NCBI GenBank assembly: GCA_913009635.1
Contig: CAJVXI010000003.1
Location: 1 to 52,822 of the forward strand
From: an uncultured bacterium
GTDB taxonomy: Bacteria; Patescibacteriota; Minisyncoccia; UBA6257; UBA9933
Length of the DNA: 52,822 nucleotides
Direction: 5' to 3'
Position numbers and translations under genes: made by a program. Each line of letters starts with the position of its first letter. The stretch's first letter is position 1. Positions 1-10,017 of this stretch are shown one piece after another. The notes under the pieces were generated by a model. That model was not told the DNA's origin, did no database searches, and worked only from the letters and a program-made list of their open reading frames with translations.

Positions 1-40
1 AGGAGAAGCGGTGGTAGATAGAGGGAGTAAAGCGGAAGCG

Positions 41-155
41 GGCATACGAGATAAGGGAATTTGACTGGAGTTCAGACTTTTTTTTTTTTCAAGCAGAAGA
101 CGGCATACGAGATAAAGGAATGTGACTGGAGTTCAGACGTGTGCTCTTCCGATCT
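41..155. other. Illumina TruSeq P7 adapter contamination (index AAAGGAAT) with a degenerate partial copy upstream
   Basis: CAAGCAGAAGACGGCATACGAGAT-AAAGGAAT-GTGACTGGAGTTCAGACGTGTGCTCTTCCGATCT at 90-155; partial copy at 41-77. Confidence 0.98.
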
Positions 156-2801
156 CACGAGGATCATTATTTCAGTCAATTCAAATGCAGGATCCCGTTC
201 CTCAATGGGGGCCTCTTTGATCCGCTTGGCAACTATGATTGGGTAAATACTGATATTCTTCTTCCAAACGAACTATTCTCAAATGACTATAAGACTAAAG
301 AGGGCGACACGGGTACTGGTATTTTAGATGTTTTTGATCGCTATAACTTCACCGTCAAAGAAGATGAGCCGCTTGAAAAAGAAGTTGCCGTGGATCCAGA
401 GATGCTTGGAAAGGTATTTGAGAATCTCTTGGAAGTAAAGGATCGTAAATCCAAAGGCACATACTACACTCCGCGAGAGATAGTTCACTATATGTGTCAA
501 GAAAGTTTGACGAACTATCTGGCGACAGAACTTAAAGGTAAAGTGAGTAAAAATGATATTGAGATGCTCATAAAATATGGCGAGACCGTAGTTGAGCATG
601 AAGCCGAGGTAGAAAGCCGTGGTAAAGAAACCAAAATATATTCGCACAAACTCCCGAAAAGCATTCGCGACAACGCCAATCTTATAGACGAAAAACTGGA
701 AACAATTCGCATCTGCGACCCGGCTGTTGGTTCGGGCGCTTTCCCGGTAGGAATGATGAATGAAATCATTCGTACGAGAAACGCGCTTACGAATTATCTC
801 AAAACTAAAAAAGGCCGAACGATTTATGACTTCAAACGTCATGCCATCCAAAATTGCCTTTATGGCGTAGACATTGACCTTGGTGCGGTAGAAATCGCCA
901 AGCTTCGGCTTTGGCTTTCTCTTATTGTGGACGAGGAGGATATCAAACAAATTAAGCCATTGCCGAACTTGGATTATAAAATCATGCAGGGCAACAGCCT
1001 ACTCGAAGAATTTGAGGGTATTAAGATTTTTGATGAAAAATTGCTACGCATTTCAGTAATAGATTCCGAAATATTAGATCCAGTAAATCAAAAGATTATA
1101 GGGTTGCAAAGCAAGCTTTTACAGTTTTACCAAAAGAATCCCAAATGGATGCAAAAAGGAGAACATCAAAACAAGCCGCAAGAAGTGATTATTTTAGAAT
1201 CGCAATTGCGGGACATTTTAAAAAAGCACAAAAAGATTCAAGAACAATCAACAGAACAAAAGGACTTATTTGCTTCTATTGCGGAGTCGCGAGCGATTAG
1301 AGACGAACTTGATAACTATCACAAGCAATTTTTTGGAGAAACCAATCCAGAAAGAAAAGAAGAATTAAAAAGGGCAATAGAAAATTTGGAATGGGAACTT
1401 ATTGAAGCGACTCTTAAAGAACAGAATAAGATTTCTGTTCTTAAAAAACTTGAAGAATTTAAGCGATTAAATATTAAACCCTTTTTCCTTTGGAAATTCA
1501 ATTTTGCTGATGTATTCGAAGAGAAAGGCGGATTTGATGTGGTGATAGCAAATCCGCCATACATAAGACAGGAGGAAATTAGTTACAAACAAGCACTGGA
1601 GAAAAAGTATGAAATTTTTAATTCAGTTTCAGATCTCTATACTTATTTCTATGAACGAGGATTCAAATTATTGCATGATCGTGGAGTATTAATATTTATA
1701 ACATCGAACAAATTTTTACGAGCACAATACGGCACTTTTTTGAGAAGATATTTACAGACGAATACAACCATTAGAAGTATTATTAATTTCGGAGACCAAC
1801 ACATGTTCAAGGCTATAACCAACACCCTGATTTTTATAGCTACAAAAGGAAATGGCGAAAACAATAAACTGAATTATTCGGACAATATTAATGAACCAGA
1901 TAAAATTAAATTCTCGCAAAGTGAATTACAAGATAGTGAATGGACGATTGAAAAACCAGAAGTAATTCATTTAAAAAACAAAATTGAGGGACTAGGAATA
2001 TCACTAAAGGATTGGGATGTAAGAATAAATTATGGAATTAAAACAGGATACAATGAAGCTTTTGTCATTGACAAGGAAACGCGAGATAAAATTGTTTCTA
2101 GAAATTCAAGTGCCGCTGAAATAATCAAACCAATTATCAGAGGAAGAGATATTGAAAGATATTACTACAATGAGTCCGGATTATATTTAATCAATGTCCA
2201 TAATGGGTATAAGGTAGATGACGGTTCTAAAGTAGAGGCAGTGGATATTAAAGATTATCCAGCGATTGGGTCTCATTTAGACCAATATCATAAAAAACTA
2301 GCAGAAAGACAAGACAAGGGGAAAACCATTTATAACTTGCGTGATTGTGCTTTTATACAAGATTTTTCTAAAGAAAAAATCATATGGATTGAACTTACAA
2401 ATAAAAATAGGTTTTCTTATTCTGATAAAGAAGATTATTTATTGGCCGGGGCATTTTTTATGGTTGGAGAATCACTAAAATATTTATTGGCATTTCTAAA
2501 TTCTAAATTATGTTATTTCTACTTTTCTTTAATCTGCAATAGTTCTGGGATGGCTACTATTCAATGGAAAAAATTCGCATTAGAAAAAATTCCCATTATG
2601 AAAATAAACGGAAAAGAACAAAAACCACTCATTGATCTTGTTAATAAAATTATCACAATCACTAAAGACAAAGATTATTTAGAAAACCTCAACAAGCAAA
2701 CCAAGGTTCGTGATTACGAAAAACAAATCGATCAAATGGTCTATAAACTCTACGGCCTCACGCCGGAGGAAGTTAAAGTTATTGAAGATTGTATAAAATA
2801 A
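156..2801 (+). CDS. Type IIG (Eco57I-like) restriction-modification N6-adenine methyltransferase, 5'-truncated by the adapter
   Basis: FLNGGLF, GKVFENLL, GTYYTP, motif I DPAVGSGAF, motif IV NPPY, TaqI-C-like target recognition region, YKLYGLT C-terminus. Confidence 0.9.
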   Translation, partial: HEDHYFSQFKCRIPFLNGGLFDPLGNYDWVNTDILLPNELFSNDYKTKEGDTGTGILDVFDRYNFTVKEDEPLEKEVAVDPEMLGKVFENLLEVKDRKSKGTYYTPREIVHYMCQESLTNYLATELKGKVSKNDIEMLIKYGETVVEHEAEVESRGKETKIYSHKLPKSIRDNANLIDEKLETIRICDPAVGSGAFPVGMMNEIIRTRNALTNYLKTKKGRTIYDFKRHAIQNCLYGVDIDLGAVEIAKLRLWLSLIVDEEDIKQIKPLPNLDYKIMQGNSLLEEFEGIKIFDEKLLRISVIDSEILDPVNQKIIGLQSKLLQFYQKNPKWMQKGEHQNKPQEVIILESQLRDILKKHKKIQEQSTEQKDLFASIAESRAIRDELDNYHKQFFGETNPERKEELKRAIENLEWELIEATLKEQNKISVLKKLEEFKRLNIKPFFLWKFNFADVFEEKGGFDVVIANPPYIRQEEISYKQALEKKYEIFNSVSDLYTYFYERGFKLLHDRGVLIFITSNKFLRAQYGTFLRRYLQTNTTIRSIINFGDQHMFKAITNTLIFIATKGNGENNKLNYSDNINEPDKIKFSQSELQDSEWTIEKPEVIHLKNKIEGLGISLKDWDVRINYGIKTGYNEAFVIDKETRDKIVSRNSSAAEIIKPIIRGRDIERYYYNESGLYLINVHNGYKVDDGSKVEAVDIKDYPAIGSHLDQYHKKLAERQDKGKTIYNLRDCAFIQDFSKEKIIWIELTNKNRFSYSDKEDYLLAGAFFMVGESLKYLLAFLNSKLCYFYFSLICNSSGMATIQWKKFALEKIPIMKINGKEQKPLIDLVNKIITITKDKDYLENLNKQTKVRDYEKQIDQMVYKLYGLTPEEVKVIEDCIK

Positions 2802-2818
2802 AAAAGCTACCTCAAATT

Positions 2819-4141
2819 ATGGTATCAGACCAACAAATTATTCAAAAACTAAAAACGATCGACTCATGTAGATTTGAGTTGATGATTGATAATTTATTTC
2901 ATCAAGGAGCTTTCCCCGAAATAGTTAATTCAAATGCCTCCATTGAGATATTCGGTGTTAACGTCGAGAAAGAGCGCACTCGAAAGTCATCTCTTCGATC
3001 CGATGCGGAATTGATTACAGGAGAAGTGAAAATCGAAAGTAGTACACAAGAAAATTGGCAGCTAAAACTCAAAGAGGTCATCAAAAAAAATAAAGATCGA
3101 GTAATCAAAAAATTTGTTTTCTGTACAAATCAAGATACCGGCTCTAAACAGATAAGCGTTAATCGAAAAAGCATAGATGCTGACGAGTACTGCCGAAAAA
3201 ATTTACACTGCAATGATTGTTTTATTATTGGGCAACAAATACTGGTATTACAACTGCAAAACCCAATATTTTTTTACATAAGAAGAAATTTTTTAAACAT
3301 CTCTGAAGACTTCTTTTATTCGGTTGAGGGATATAAAAATGTCCTTAACCAAAACAGCTCATTAGTATGTAGCGTTGATCAATCTGAAATAGAAAGATAT
3401 GCCAAGGTTTTGTCTGATAATCTTACCTTTGATCCCGCACAAACAATTTTATTACACAACGATGATTATATAACACTACTGCATACAATCGCTGCTTTGG
3501 GTTGCCAACAAATAAACAATGATTTACAAAACACTATAAGTCAGGACCTGTGTTTTATAAAGTGGCCGCAAAATAGGGTGAATTTAGAAAATGTTAGCAC
3601 ATCAGAAGTAAATGACAGCATTCCAACCATTGTTTTTATTTGGGGAGCTCATGAGATTTCGAATCTTTCTGAATATTTAATGTTCAACAAACAAAAGGCT
3701 ATGCTGATTTTCGTCTGTAAGTCAGCATTTAAAGACGACGTGCAAAATAAAATTAAAAACTTTGGGGGATCAATTACAATACAAGATTTATATATTTCAG
3801 AAATTGATAAGCGAGAGGTAAGTACTGATGAACGAGAAACGCACAAACAAAAGATTAATACTGTCGTCGAAACGCTGACTGAAATTCTTCTTAAATATGA
3901 AGCATTGGTCTATTTTTATTCACCCTTTTACACGGACGACTCAGGTGTAAAAAAGAAAATCAGAAGTGTCTTGCAAATCGATCAAAATAAACTTAATAGT
4001 CTTAATAAACTTTTATTACAAAATGACCTTGCTTCTATAACTGGAAGGATACTTTGGCTTAAACAACCTGTTATAGCTAAGGAATTATTAAACGACTATC
4101 TCGACAATAAAACATTAAACATTGATGATTTAATAACATAA
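2819..4141 (+). CDS. Hypothetical defence protein with N-terminal PD-(D/E)xK/Mrr-like nuclease domain
   Basis: FE..DA..KIESS.QENW..KL..FVFCTN pattern resembles N-terminal nucleases of STAND proteins; no intact Walker A; ATG at 2819. Confidence 0.5.
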   Translation: MVSDQQIIQKLKTIDSCRFELMIDNLFHQGAFPEIVNSNASIEIFGVNVEKERTRKSSLRSDAELITGEVKIESSTQENWQLKLKEVIKKNKDRVIKKFVFCTNQDTGSKQISVNRKSIDADEYCRKNLHCNDCFIIGQQILVLQLQNPIFFYIRRNFLNISEDFFYSVEGYKNVLNQNSSLVCSVDQSEIERYAKVLSDNLTFDPAQTILLHNDDYITLLHTIAALGCQQINNDLQNTISQDLCFIKWPQNRVNLENVSTSEVNDSIPTIVFIWGAHEISNLSEYLMFNKQKAMLIFVCKSAFKDDVQNKIKNFGGSITIQDLYISEIDKREVSTDERETHKQKINTVVETLTEILLKYEALVYFYSPFYTDDSGVKKKIRSVLQIDQNKLNSLNKLLLQNDLASITGRILWLKQPVIAKELLNDYLDNKTLNIDDLIT

Positions 4142-4146
4142 TTGCT

Positions 4147-6573
4147 ATGAAAAAAAACAAGGCTCAACTTAGAAAATTAATGGAACTGAATAATCAGAAA
4201 GCGGATGAGTATCTTGCTAAATTTGCATGCGAGATTATTGCCGATATTAAAAAATCTAAAGATAATGATTCGATACTCGAAAATCTGGACTTACTAAAAG
4301 AGTTTATTTATAAAGTGCCAAACGAAATGATTGAAATAATGCGCTATATAATCGAAAAAAAGCCTACTTCCCCTGTCATTCACAAATCTAAATTCGGAGA
4401 ATTTGATGGCAAATCACATAAAGATTTAATCCTAATAGGAATTGAGCTTCTTGATCATATTAGATACATCGTCCACGATGAAGTATTGGAATTAATAAGA
4501 CAACTCTCTCAGTGGGAAGATTCCGAAGTGAAAAATAAGGCATTAGAGGTTATTAAGAAATTTGCAAAGTACGATTTCAATATTCTTACTAAAAGTAAAA
4601 TCGGCTATGGTGCTCAGCGCGAGATTTTAAATTTTATAAAACAATGGTCGTCTAATAAACAAAAACAGAATTTTGATTTCATCATTACTGCAACCAAAGA
4701 ATTGTTAAATAGTTCTATTGAGGGCAATACATGGAAAGATGAAAAAACTCTAGTATATCACTCTGGCGTGGTTGGCCCAACGGATTTCTTAAAACGAATT
4801 AGACGAGAAACAATAGAATTGCTTTTTGAACTATACCCAACAATTAAGGACTCCAAAAAACGGCTTCAAATAATCTCTACACTGGAAGAGGCAACGCGCA
4901 GGCCATCAAATGTGTTGTATGGAGATGATGTAACGCAGATGATTTTGGATGATATCGACCAGCTTATTGAAAACTACAGAAGTATTGTTTTTAATGATTC
5001 CCAAAAAATGCGAGAGGAGCCAGCTATAGTTGCGGAGATTGAAAAAGGACTCTATTGGCTTGCTAGAAATGAAAAGTTTAAGACTCAAAAAGTAATAAAT
5101 TTGCGTAAAGATATATTAAAAGATTCTTTCTATAGTCTATTTCGTCTCTTGGTTGGAGATCCAGTTACTTATAAAGAAGAAGAGGGGTGGGATACCGCGG
5201 ATAAAAAGCGCGCTGAAGCTATTGCGGAAAAGGTCCTGGAAATCAGTGAGAAAAATCTGCGTGGCTGGATTACAAAACTCAACATCATCGCTGAGCAAAA
5301 AGAAATTACAGAAGAATGGCATTTTCAAGAATTCAAACGATTTCTCCGCAAAATAGCAAAAGAAAAATCAGCACTAGCTGACAACATTCTCGCTAATGCT
5401 TTTAAAAAGAATAGATCACTAAAAGCGTTTACTGCAAACTTTCTCGATGGATTTAGAGACTCCACTGAATTCGATTTATGGGATAAGTATGTAACGGAAA
5501 TTATTAAAAGAAAAGAGGCGTTGCTCGTAAGTGCTATTTGCTTCTCGCTGAACCTCGCGGGAGAGGTTGATCTAAAAAAAGAAATAAGAAATCGCGATAT
5601 TGAGCTCCTCAACGACATTGTTAAAAAGCAAAATACTTTTGCTTTTCTGAGAACCAACAAAGATGGCCACTTTTTACTTCACTATGCGCTCATTAATACC
5701 CTTACAAGGAATTATGTGCGGTCCCCAAAGAAAATAGAGGGGCTTATTGTCGAAGAAATGGCGCGACATTCACAATATATTTCGATGTATTTCCAAAATC
5801 TCCAAATGTCGACATGGAAAAAGTGGATGGATGTCTCAAAATGGAGTGAAAAAGGAGCTGAGTTTCTCAAACAACAAATGATTGAGCTTCCAAGCCTTGA
5901 TTGGCATGCACAGGGCTTACTTCTTAATCTGGGCAAAGAAAATTTCACGATCATTATAGAAGTGTTTCTTGGGAGAATTAAGAAAGATAATGAAAGTAAA
6001 AAAAGACGAAGGTGCCTACTTCGGGAAGATCGTTATGAAGCAGTGCCGTATCATTTCAATCCTGATTTAAGAGAGCACATCGCATCGCATCCATGCTATA
6101 AAAAGGTAGTCTGCGAATGGTTCACAGAGGCGACTGTAGATTGGAGTGTTTATAACTGGGACATAGGACAATTCTTACAGCGCGTAGGCGGTCCATCGCT
6201 CTCTGAAATTTTGATGTCGCTTGTTGAAAAAGGAGACAAAGATAGCTTAATGAAGGTTACACGGATTATGGGTCCGTTTTGGGACGGCAACTTTGATTTG
6301 TGCATCGAGATTGCACGAAGAACGGAAAACGAAAAAATTCTCGGTCAGTTAGAAAGTGTTATGTATGCTACGGGAGTCGTTTCCGGAGAGTATGGAATCT
6401 CAGAAGCGTACGAGCGTAAAGCCAAAGATCTTGAGCAATACACCAGAGATAAAGATCCAAGAGCGAGAAAATTCGTGGAGAAGATGATAAAGAGCTTTAA
6501 AGAAGGCGCAGAACGCGAACGACAACGAGCTGATGAAGAAATCCAGCTTCGAAAAATTGAATTTGAAGGATAG
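4147..6573 (+). CDS. Large alpha-helical repeat protein resembling the C-terminal sensor region of STAND/Avs-like proteins
   Basis: 808 aa, helical; C-terminus ATGVVSGEYGISEAYERK..RKFVEKMIK..ERQRADEE resembles STAND ATP-binding protein tails (from recall). Confidence 0.5.
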   Translation: MKKNKAQLRKLMELNNQKADEYLAKFACEIIADIKKSKDNDSILENLDLLKEFIYKVPNEMIEIMRYIIEKKPTSPVIHKSKFGEFDGKSHKDLILIGIELLDHIRYIVHDEVLELIRQLSQWEDSEVKNKALEVIKKFAKYDFNILTKSKIGYGAQREILNFIKQWSSNKQKQNFDFIITATKELLNSSIEGNTWKDEKTLVYHSGVVGPTDFLKRIRRETIELLFELYPTIKDSKKRLQIISTLEEATRRPSNVLYGDDVTQMILDDIDQLIENYRSIVFNDSQKMREEPAIVAEIEKGLYWLARNEKFKTQKVINLRKDILKDSFYSLFRLLVGDPVTYKEEEGWDTADKKRAEAIAEKVLEISEKNLRGWITKLNIIAEQKEITEEWHFQEFKRFLRKIAKEKSALADNILANAFKKNRSLKAFTANFLDGFRDSTEFDLWDKYVTEIIKRKEALLVSAICFSLNLAGEVDLKKEIRNRDIELLNDIVKKQNTFAFLRTNKDGHFLLHYALINTLTRNYVRSPKKIEGLIVEEMARHSQYISMYFQNLQMSTWKKWMDVSKWSEKGAEFLKQQMIELPSLDWHAQGLLLNLGKENFTIIIEVFLGRIKKDNESKKRRRCLLREDRYEAVPYHFNPDLREHIASHPCYKKVVCEWFTEATVDWSVYNWDIGQFLQRVGGPSLSEILMSLVEKGDKDSLMKVTRIMGPFWDGNFDLCIEIARRTENEKILGQLESVMYATGVVSGEYGISEAYERKAKDLEQYTRDKDPRARKFVEKMIKSFKEGAERERQRADEEIQLRKIEFEG

Positions 6574-6578
6574 CTATT

Positions 6579-6692
6579 ATGGACGAACAAAAAGAACGAC
6601 AACAGGAAATAAGGGAAAAATTAGAAAGTGAGGGTCTTGACCCCGACGAGTTTAATGAAGACGAACAAGAAGAACTTGTTGATATTCTTTAA
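6579..6692 (+). CDS. Small acidic 37-aa protein (not in ORF track)
   Basis: MDEQKERQQEIREKLESEGLDPDEFNEDEQEELVDIL*; fills the gap between neighbouring genes. Confidence 0.5.
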   Translation: MDEQKERQQEIREKLESEGLDPDEFNEDEQEELVDIL

Positions 6693-6705
6693 TTCAAAAA
6701 ATGAG

Positions 6706-7182
6706 ATGCCAAATAACAGATTCCATAATAAACTTTGGCAAATAGCCTTTGGGAAATGCGGCTACCCTTTTGTTTCGGTAGACAAACAGATGGACGAATA
6801 TTCTCAAAAATTACCAGGGAATAAACATCGACAGAAAGATCACGATCCATTAAGAGCTGGTGACTACGAAAATCCCGAGCCAGAAAAGGACAAATGGAGA
6901 ATTGTTTATCGGCTTTACCATATGGCAGTAGATTGTTGGTGGTCTAAATTATTAAAGAAAGAGCAGGAGAAATGGAAAAAGAATATTAGGAATGGGTATT
7001 ATCCTTCTGAAATAGACGAGTATTTTTGGAAAATAGTAGATGCGGCAGTAATAGATCCTTTTAATGTGTATAAAATATTGCCCTGGAAATGTGAACCCTT
7101 ACCCCATGGATGGAGGGAGTATATTAAAAATAAATCACCCAACAAAAAATTAGGAGAGATATGGCACGAGAAGAAATTTTAG
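6706..7182 (+). CDS. Hypothetical protein, possible metal-binding hydrolase
   Basis: H..MD..G.KHR..DHD..H..D pattern; ATG at 6706 avoids overlap with the upstream small ORF. Confidence 0.55.
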   Translation: MPNNRFHNKLWQIAFGKCGYPFVSVDKQMDEYSQKLPGNKHRQKDHDPLRAGDYENPEPEKDKWRIVYRLYHMAVDCWWSKLLKKEQEKWKKNIRNGYYPSEIDEYFWKIVDAAVIDPFNVYKILPWKCEPLPHGWREYIKNKSPNKKLGEIWHEKKF

Positions 7183-7727
7183 AAAATCTAAATAAGGTAT
7201 TAAATAAACCTATCGAAAAAGAAAGGGTAGTTTATACAATGGTGGAGATTCGGAAATTTATTGAAAGATCGGAAAGTATTGCCACTAAGTGGAAAGATTT
7301 AAAATACTGGTGCGACTGGGTTGTTCACACGCATTTAGATAGAAGTTTTGCTAAGGAGACATTAAAAAAAATGGAAGAATACACAATCAACAATCCCAAT
7401 AGTAAATTCCATCACTCTTACTTTAATGAACAATTTATTTCACTAGAAAAATTGAGATGGCAACTATATGAATTTCTCAAATCTAACGATTTACCAACAG
7501 AGATTATTAACATTCCACCGTGGGATGATTTTTCGAAATATTTAGTTGAAACTTTGCGAGATTGTCCTCTTGAGAAAAATGACGGTTTAGTACGCAAATT
7601 TTTCTTTTCTAAACGCGATCATATTCCAGAAACCGAGGATTATTCTATTGATTGGGAGATTATATTTGACGGGACTAGGCCTAATTTATATGGAAGCGTT
7701 TTGCGTTTTAAAGATAGTAAAAAATAA
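7161..7727 (+). CDS. Hypothetical protein
   Basis: 188-aa ORF with GGAG upstream, co-oriented in the cluster. Confidence 0.7.
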   Translation: MAREEILENLNKVLNKPIEKERVVYTMVEIRKFIERSESIATKWKDLKYWCDWVVHTHLDRSFAKETLKKMEEYTINNPNSKFHHSYFNEQFISLEKLRWQLYEFLKSNDLPTEIINIPPWDDFSKYLVETLRDCPLEKNDGLVRKFFFSKRDHIPETEDYSIDWEIIFDGTRPNLYGSVLRFKDSKK

Positions 7728-7729
7728 CT

Positions 7730-8344
7730 ATGCATTCTCACCCAATAAAACATTGGAAGAACAAATTTATGAAAGCTGAAAAATATCATTTTACATCTGC
7801 GGATAAAAAATTTAGAAAAAATATTGAAAAACAGTATGGAGGAAAGATAAGCGACGAAGATTTTTATAAACTCATAAAAAAGCAAAAAAGGTGGTTGAAA
7901 GAATATATGGAAGCAGTAAAAAAATGGGCCCAAGAAAAACCATGGGAAGCAGAACAACTTTCAAAACTTGTAAAAAGCTGGGAGGAAAAAGAAAAGAATA
8001 AAAAACTCTATGATAAAGTGGCTAAACTTAAAAAGCTGACAGTTATTGAACTTGAAAAATTACTGACTCCGGTTTTAGAAAAAGAGGGATATATTAAACT
8101 TGAATTTTCTCAACTGGATCTACAGAAGGATGTTATAATCAGCTTTACTATACAGGATACAAAGACTGGCCAGCACGAATACGATAGCCGAATGAAACTC
8201 AAAAAAGTAATTGAAAAAACATTAGTAAATACAAATTGGAGATTAATGAGCGAAGGAATCCATTACAGACTTGGCATTCTTACTGGTCAATTGAGGGGAC
8301 GTGAACGCGAAGAAGATTTGGCTAAGCTGATTGGAACCAAATAA
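7730..8344 (+). CDS. Hypothetical protein
   Basis: 204-aa ORF tightly coupled to neighbours. Confidence 0.7.
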   Translation: MHSHPIKHWKNKFMKAEKYHFTSADKKFRKNIEKQYGGKISDEDFYKLIKKQKRWLKEYMEAVKKWAQEKPWEAEQLSKLVKSWEEKEKNKKLYDKVAKLKKLTVIELEKLLTPVLEKEGYIKLEFSQLDLQKDVIISFTIQDTKTGQHEYDSRMKLKKVIEKTLVNTNWRLMSEGIHYRLGILTGQLRGREREEDLAKLIGTK

Positions 8345-8348
8345 TATT

Positions 8349-9563
8349 ATGGCAAAAAGTAAATATAGAGTCTATGCAAAAATAATTGGATACGTGCTCT
8401 CCGCTAAGGACGAAATTTGTTTATATGATTGCGTAATCAAAAAAATGCCGTTTAAGGAACAGAAGCGACGAAAATTTGTGGCAATTGAAGCAGACATTAA
8501 AGATCCAGGCAACCCTCGCTACCACAAAAGCTACATTACACAGAAAGTTTTTACTGATCCACGTTTTATTAAAACGCATTATGTTATTTATTGCGACGTT
8601 GAAGTACATGATGAGAATGTGGCTTTAGGAGTAGCGGTAAGGCTTTTTAATAGAGTATGTGGATCTTTGGCGTTAACGACGTCATCGTGGTTTAATAATA
8701 AACACAACCGCAACGACTATAAAAACTACGAATACCAATTATGTCGTGTATATAAACTTGATGAGGATGGAAGCGAAATACCTGTAAACAATCTGAGAAT
8801 AAACGGTGGCGCTTGGTCGATGATATGTAATCCTGGCAACACGAATTTTAAAGATCTCGATTTTAATATGTTAGCGAGGATGCTTTATTGCCGCGACGAA
8901 GTATTTAATAAGTCTTTCAAGTATTTACTACAGGCAGAGAAAGACTTTTACCTCCGCTTTCCTCCTCAGATGTTAACGATCAACTTATTCAAGTGTATAG
9001 AGCTCATCATCTTTTCGTTTGAAGGAAAAAGATTTGCCGGAAAGTTGCGCAAGGCTGTAATTGAACTTGGTCTTACACAAGATGATATCAAGCAAATCAA
9101 GAAATTAAAGGAAGCTCGGGATAGCGGTGATGTAGCGCATCCCAGAAAGGGATCTCGCTCCGACTTTTATCCACCGCAATTTCCAATTCCGGAAGATGTA
9201 AATTTTCCTAATTTCTGGTATTCAGGCTTAGTTTCTAAGGTTTTGCTTCAATATTTTCTGTATATTGATAGCTTAATAACGATGAAAATAGCCATAAACA
9301 AAAACGATCATCCCGATGAAATCATATCCGTGAATTACGGAAAATATTACGAAATCTCCCCAACCGTACGAGGAAGAAAAAGTGTGGTTTTACTGCTCAA
9401 GAAAAAGCTATCAGAATATTTCGAGGTTCCTTATGTTAATATTCGGTTGAGAAAGTACAATCATCCAGAGATAATATTTCAAATAAAGGACCATCTAAAA
9501 TTTAAGCTTAACACTTCAAAACCCGGAAGAAGGCATAAACTTATTATATTTCCTTTCTCATAA
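8349..9563 (+). CDS. Putative HEPN-domain protein
   Basis: LFKCIELI followed by RDSGDVAH (R-X6-H), the HEPN E...RxH layout. Confidence 0.5.
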   Translation: MAKSKYRVYAKIIGYVLSAKDEICLYDCVIKKMPFKEQKRRKFVAIEADIKDPGNPRYHKSYITQKVFTDPRFIKTHYVIYCDVEVHDENVALGVAVRLFNRVCGSLALTTSSWFNNKHNRNDYKNYEYQLCRVYKLDEDGSEIPVNNLRINGGAWSMICNPGNTNFKDLDFNMLARMLYCRDEVFNKSFKYLLQAEKDFYLRFPPQMLTINLFKCIELIIFSFEGKRFAGKLRKAVIELGLTQDDIKQIKKLKEARDSGDVAHPRKGSRSDFYPPQFPIPEDVNFPNFWYSGLVSKVLLQYFLYIDSLITMKIAINKNDHPDEIISVNYGKYYEISPTVRGRKSVVLLLKKKLSEYFEVPYVNIRLRKYNHPEIIFQIKDHLKFKLNTSKPGRRHKLIIFPFS

Positions 9564-9724
9564 AACCTTTTTTACAAATGAGACACCAAAATTCCCCTTT
9601 ATAGCGTCTCATTTGTCTCATTTCTTAATTTTAACCCTGACCGAGATGCCTCAATTTCGTTCTGGAATTATTCCCCAAAAAGCTTTATACTGTCTTAGAT
9701 CGGTCAGTTCTGGACCGAAGTCGC

Positions 9725-9876
9725 CCGCCTTCGCTCCGCCGAAGCTCGCAAGAGCGAAGGCGAGCTTCGCCAGAGCTACGGCGTGACAAGTCCGTCTTCG
9801 CCACGCTTCAGCGTGGCTACGGCGTGACAAGTCCGTCTTCGCCACGCTGAAGCGTAGCTACGGCGTAACAAGTCCG
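9725..9876. repeat. REP-like palindromic cluster (CTTCGCC..GCTACGGCG units)
   Basis: Units at 9765-9794, 9795-9835, 9836-9876; the last two hold nested 12-bp hairpins in opposite orientation. Confidence 0.9.
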
Positions 9877-9878
9877 CT

Positions 9879-10014
9879 ATCAATACGCCGAAACTTTTAG
9901 TGAAGGCGATTAATCAATACGCCGAAACTTTTAGTGAAGGCGATTAATCAATACGCCGAAACTTTTAGTGAAGGCGATTAATCAATACGCCGAAACTTTT
10001 AGTGAAGGCGATTA
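9879..10014. repeat. Four perfect tandem copies of a 34-bp unit
   Basis: ATCAATACGCCGAAACTTTTAGTGAAGGCGATTA at 9879, 9913, 9947, 9981; no spacers. Confidence 0.97.
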
Positions 10015-10017
10015 AAT

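Noticed and set aside
61-246. 61-aa ORF and the MLFRS start of the 886-aa ORF
   Set aside because: Translations of Illumina adapter sequence
9651-9845. 64-aa minus-strand ORF
   Set aside because: Translation of the palindromic repeat cluster
9879-10014. CRISPR array
   Set aside because: Identical head-to-tail 34-bp units with no spacers and no cas genes
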